64,000 bases of DNA, from assembly GCA_965645245.1 (NCBI GenBank), contig OZ287081.1, forward strand, positions 682,001 to 746,000, in the 5' to 3' direction. Made by a program: the position numbers and the translations under genes. Source of the stretch: Massalongia carnosa (Eukaryota). The notes beneath the pieces are model-generated. The model had not been told where the DNA came from. It was given only the letters and a program-made list of their open reading frames with translations, and did not search any database. Positions 60,593 through 64,000 of the stretch are shown piece after piece; the first letter of the stretch is position 1, and each line of letters starts with the position of its first letter.

Positions 60593-61518
60593 TTTGGCGA
60601 CACGCACAAATGGCACTCCACTTCAAGCGTTTGATTAATAGCGTAAGAGCTGCATATGGAGTCCTCACTTTACTCAGAGATGGGTCCACTCAAGATCGGG
60701 GTTTGGTTTCTTCTATTATAGTTGCCATAAGCTACCGCGCAACTACAAACGATGATAACTCAAGCGCGGCTACTTGCCTGTTGCCCTATCCAAGAAGTTC
60801 AGACTCGTTTCGTGATTAGGCCCCAAGCTTGGGAGCTCATGAAGCTTGGGCGCTCATGAAACTCGATTGAGCGTGGAGAAATGGCCTGAATCCCTCTTCC
60901 AACAGGTGACAATGCGCGATAATCGTTTGAAGGTATGCGGTCAGGTTGAAGTTTGGTTGATCTTGATGATCGATGATGTTGGAGAGAATGGCTGGATATC
61001 AAAGCTATACATTAATAAAGTGTAGAAGTGGTTGAAGGAATTGCATTCTAGTGAAATTAGGTAATGACTCAACTGGGTGCACCATGTCTCCTTCAGTCTT
61101 GCTGCCGATCACAGTTTCTCCAGGTATTGAAGTTAAGCCACCGTATTAATTCCACCGAAGTTACCAATCGCTACGGAGTACAAGTATCTGTTCAGGCTGA
61201 AGACCAGTTATGCTGCATATATAATATCCACATATGAAAATAATTTAATATTTTACAATCCGTGTTACGCAGCGTAAAATATTTTGTTTTACTCTAAGAT
61301 AGGATATAATAGGGGTTATTAATAATAACCCAGCTTTCAAGATGAAAACCGTAACATAATGGGTTTTAGCCCATGGCCGATATTGAGGTGGGCCATAGAA
61401 TAATCTAGATGCTGTGAGGAAAGATGAAAACTCAAAGATATTGGTGCCTATGATACAGCTTTTGTGTGTATGCTTGGTTCTGCCCAAAAATCTGGTCCGA
61501 GCCATAACGGCCATCTTT

Positions 61519-63559
61519 TTACGTAAAGCTTTTAGTGAAAGACTGTACAACCTCCTTTAATTTACTTTCAAGATCTTTGCTCAATTTACCCTCTTTGTCG
61601 ATCTGAGCTAGTAAATCAGTCTCGTTGGTTCTCAAATGGGTCAAAAAGTCTGCCTCCCAGGTTAGAATCTTCGCAACAGGGACGTTATCGAGGTGCCCAT
61701 TGACTCCGGCGTAGATGAGAGGAACCATCTCGTTGACAGCCATGGGTTGGTATTGCTTCTGTTTAAGCAGCTCTGTGAGGCGTTCACCGCGATTGAGGGT
61801 TTGTTTCGTGGCAGCATCCAAGTCAGAGCCGAACTGGGCAAAGGCAGCAACCTCCCGATATTGGGCTAAGAAGAGCTTCAGAGACCCGGCTACTTGTTTC
61901 ATGGCCTTAAGCTGAGCTGCTGATCCGACACGAGAGACTGACAAACCCACGTTGATAGCAGGTCGGACACCTTTATAGAAGAGTTCTGCTTCCAAAAAAA
62001 TCTGTCCGTCGGTAATAGAGATGACATTTGTGGGTATATAAGCAGAAACATCACCTCCTTGGGTTTCAATGATGGGAAGCGCGGTAAGGGATCCACCACC
62101 ATTCTTGTCATTTAACTTGGCGGCTCGTTCCAGTAAGCGTGAGTGAAGATAAAAGACACTGTGACTTCGTAAGAAATGTGAAGTCAAGAAGCTGCGGGAA
62201 GATCACTTACTCCCCAGGATATGCCTCACGCCCAGGTGGACGACGGAGCAACAGCGACATCTGACGGTAGGCCACAGCTTGCTTAGAAAGATCATCGTAG
62301 ATGATCACAGCGTGTTTGCCATTATCCCGGAACCACTCGCCCATCGCACAGCCTGTGAAAGGCGCTATATACTGTAGTGGGGCAGCCTCGGAAGCAGTGG
62401 CAGCTACGATAATTGTGTATTTCATGGCATCGTTCTCTTCCAAAGTCTTAACCAGCTGAGCAACAGTAGAGCGCTTCTGCCCAACGGCAACGTATACGCA
62501 GTAGAGTTTTTTAGTCTCGTCGTTTGTATTGTTCCACCGTCGCTGGTTAAGTATTGCGTCAAGCGCGACAGCAGTCTTTCCAGTTTGACGGTCGCCAATG
62601 ATAAGTTCACGTTGGCCACGTCCAATAGGTACCATTGCATCGATAGATTTAAGGCCAGTCTGGACAGGCTGATTAACAGAGTGGCGAGGCAGAATACCGG
62701 GAGCCTTAAGCTGGGCGCGCCGTTTCTCCGTCGTCTTGATTGGGCCTTTGCCATCAATAGGATTGCCGAGGGCATCGACTACACGGCCAAGCATCTCAGG
62801 ACCAACAGGGACGTCGACCTGAAGATTTGGTTAGGCCAGTTTAAAGTTTTAGATGGAAAGACGCACAATTTCACCGGTTCGCTTTACAGTCTCGCCTTCC
62901 TTCACAAGACGATCCGAACCAAAAAGCACAACACCAACTTGTCCAGCTTCCAGGTTCATGCACATACCCTTCACCCCAGAGGCAAACCTGTCAAGCTGTG
63001 AGTGTATATACCGGAGAATCACTACTGAACTTTACATACTCGACAAGCTCCTCAGCTTGAACATTGTTCATTCCATGCACTCGAGCAATACCATCACTAT
63101 AGTGCATCAAATGTCAGTCATTTAGTGAGTGCCATGATGGTAATAAACCTGCGTACCCAACCGATAACACTCGCCCTGTCTCGGCAAGGCCGGCTTCCTC
63201 TTGTACCCCTCGAATTCTTTGCTCTAGTATCGAGGAGACTTCTGTTGGCGAAGCTTTTGCATCGACTGCATACTTTCGAGCCTGCTTTGGGGTAATGGTA
63301 AAGGCTGTAGGAGCTGCTTTTCGAGTCTGAATTAAATTTGTCCATCAGCAAGTCTCTAGTAAACGTAGATCATAGTAGTTTCGCCAGGGGGTTTTGATAT
63401 AAATCTAACGTGAGTTCTTCGTACTGAAGGAAGCAGATCACCCCGAATAAATGGTTCAGGATCATGGTCTTATTCTTGTGTACTTACCACCGCGACTTTG
63501 GTGCTAGCAGAAACAGCCCCTACACTCCTACTTGACTGTCTCAATGCGTTTCTGAACAT
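61519..63559 (-). CDS. ATP1: Mitochondrial ATP synthase F1 alpha subunit; 6 exons
   Basis: Presequence [26 protein letters not shown], Walker [30 protein letters not shown] and [13 protein letters not shown]. Confidence 0.98.
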
Positions 63560-64000
63560 TGTGACTGGGTTGTAGACCGAATAGAAAAAAAAACGCAATG
63601 GCTGTGCGAGCAATCACAAGGCAGTGAACAGATGGCTGATGGGTGTTGCGACCTTTTGATTTCCGACTTAGAAGAAGAGGTTGCTGGAATTGAGCTAACT
63701 TACGCCAAGAGTTGGTTTGTCAGCTTGCGGAGCTTGATCTCATTGGCCGTTGGGTTCAACATCCTTTAACTCTACTATATACGTATCCTTTTACGCTGAG
63801 TTACACGTTTAGCAGAAACTGAATATCAAGTAGGTAATTGAGTTTAAGCAATTAGGGGAAGGTGGATTGTATAGTTGTTCATTGCTTGTATAGAGTGCAC
63901 TGTGGTTTGCATCATGGACATCTATTTTGAAGCTAACAAAAGTCAACATGCTGCTGTGAAAAAACGATCTGAATTTAATATTGACAGCATAATCTGTAAC

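Noticed and set aside
63327..63487. Possible [D1,2] stwintron in ATP1 intron 1 (G|GTAAGT...TTCAG|TACGA would regenerate a GTACGA donor)
   Set aside because: Single-step splicing already gives the correct frame. The two-step route shifts it by one, and the internal branch site is poor.

Overview
Gene-dense eukaryotic DNA from a filamentous ascomycete (Pezizomycotina; short GT-AG introns with CTRAY branch sites; a lichen-forming Lecanoromycete is my guess, not proven). About 19 intact intron-containing genes are readable. The recognisable ones are a mitochondrial ornithine-type carrier, CGR1, ELMO/CED-12, a REG1-like PP1 regulator, TMA22, a GRF zinc finger, CCT4, RPT1, SDH1, a DHA1 MFS transporter, an AlkB dioxygenase, a class I/II aminotransferase, two fungal transcription-factor-type genes and ATP1; the rest are conserved hypotheticals. 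A complete 2,136-bp pogo/Tc1-mariner DNA transposon sits at 49798-51933, with a TA target duplication, TIRs, subterminal repeats and a two-intron transposase carrying one frameshift. Decayed remnants of a small secreted protein gene and of cytochrome P450 genes lie in the long intergenic gaps. The most unusual unexplained signals are a roughly 12-fold enriched non-coding 9-mer (TACTCYGTA), repeated strand-symmetric C-rich to G-rich switches, uORF structures ahead of two regulators, and a predicted type II membrane protein ending in FDEL that needs a rare GAG splice acceptor. No tRNA, rRNA or CRISPR was seen. All gene models were read by eye and none is checked against transcripts.
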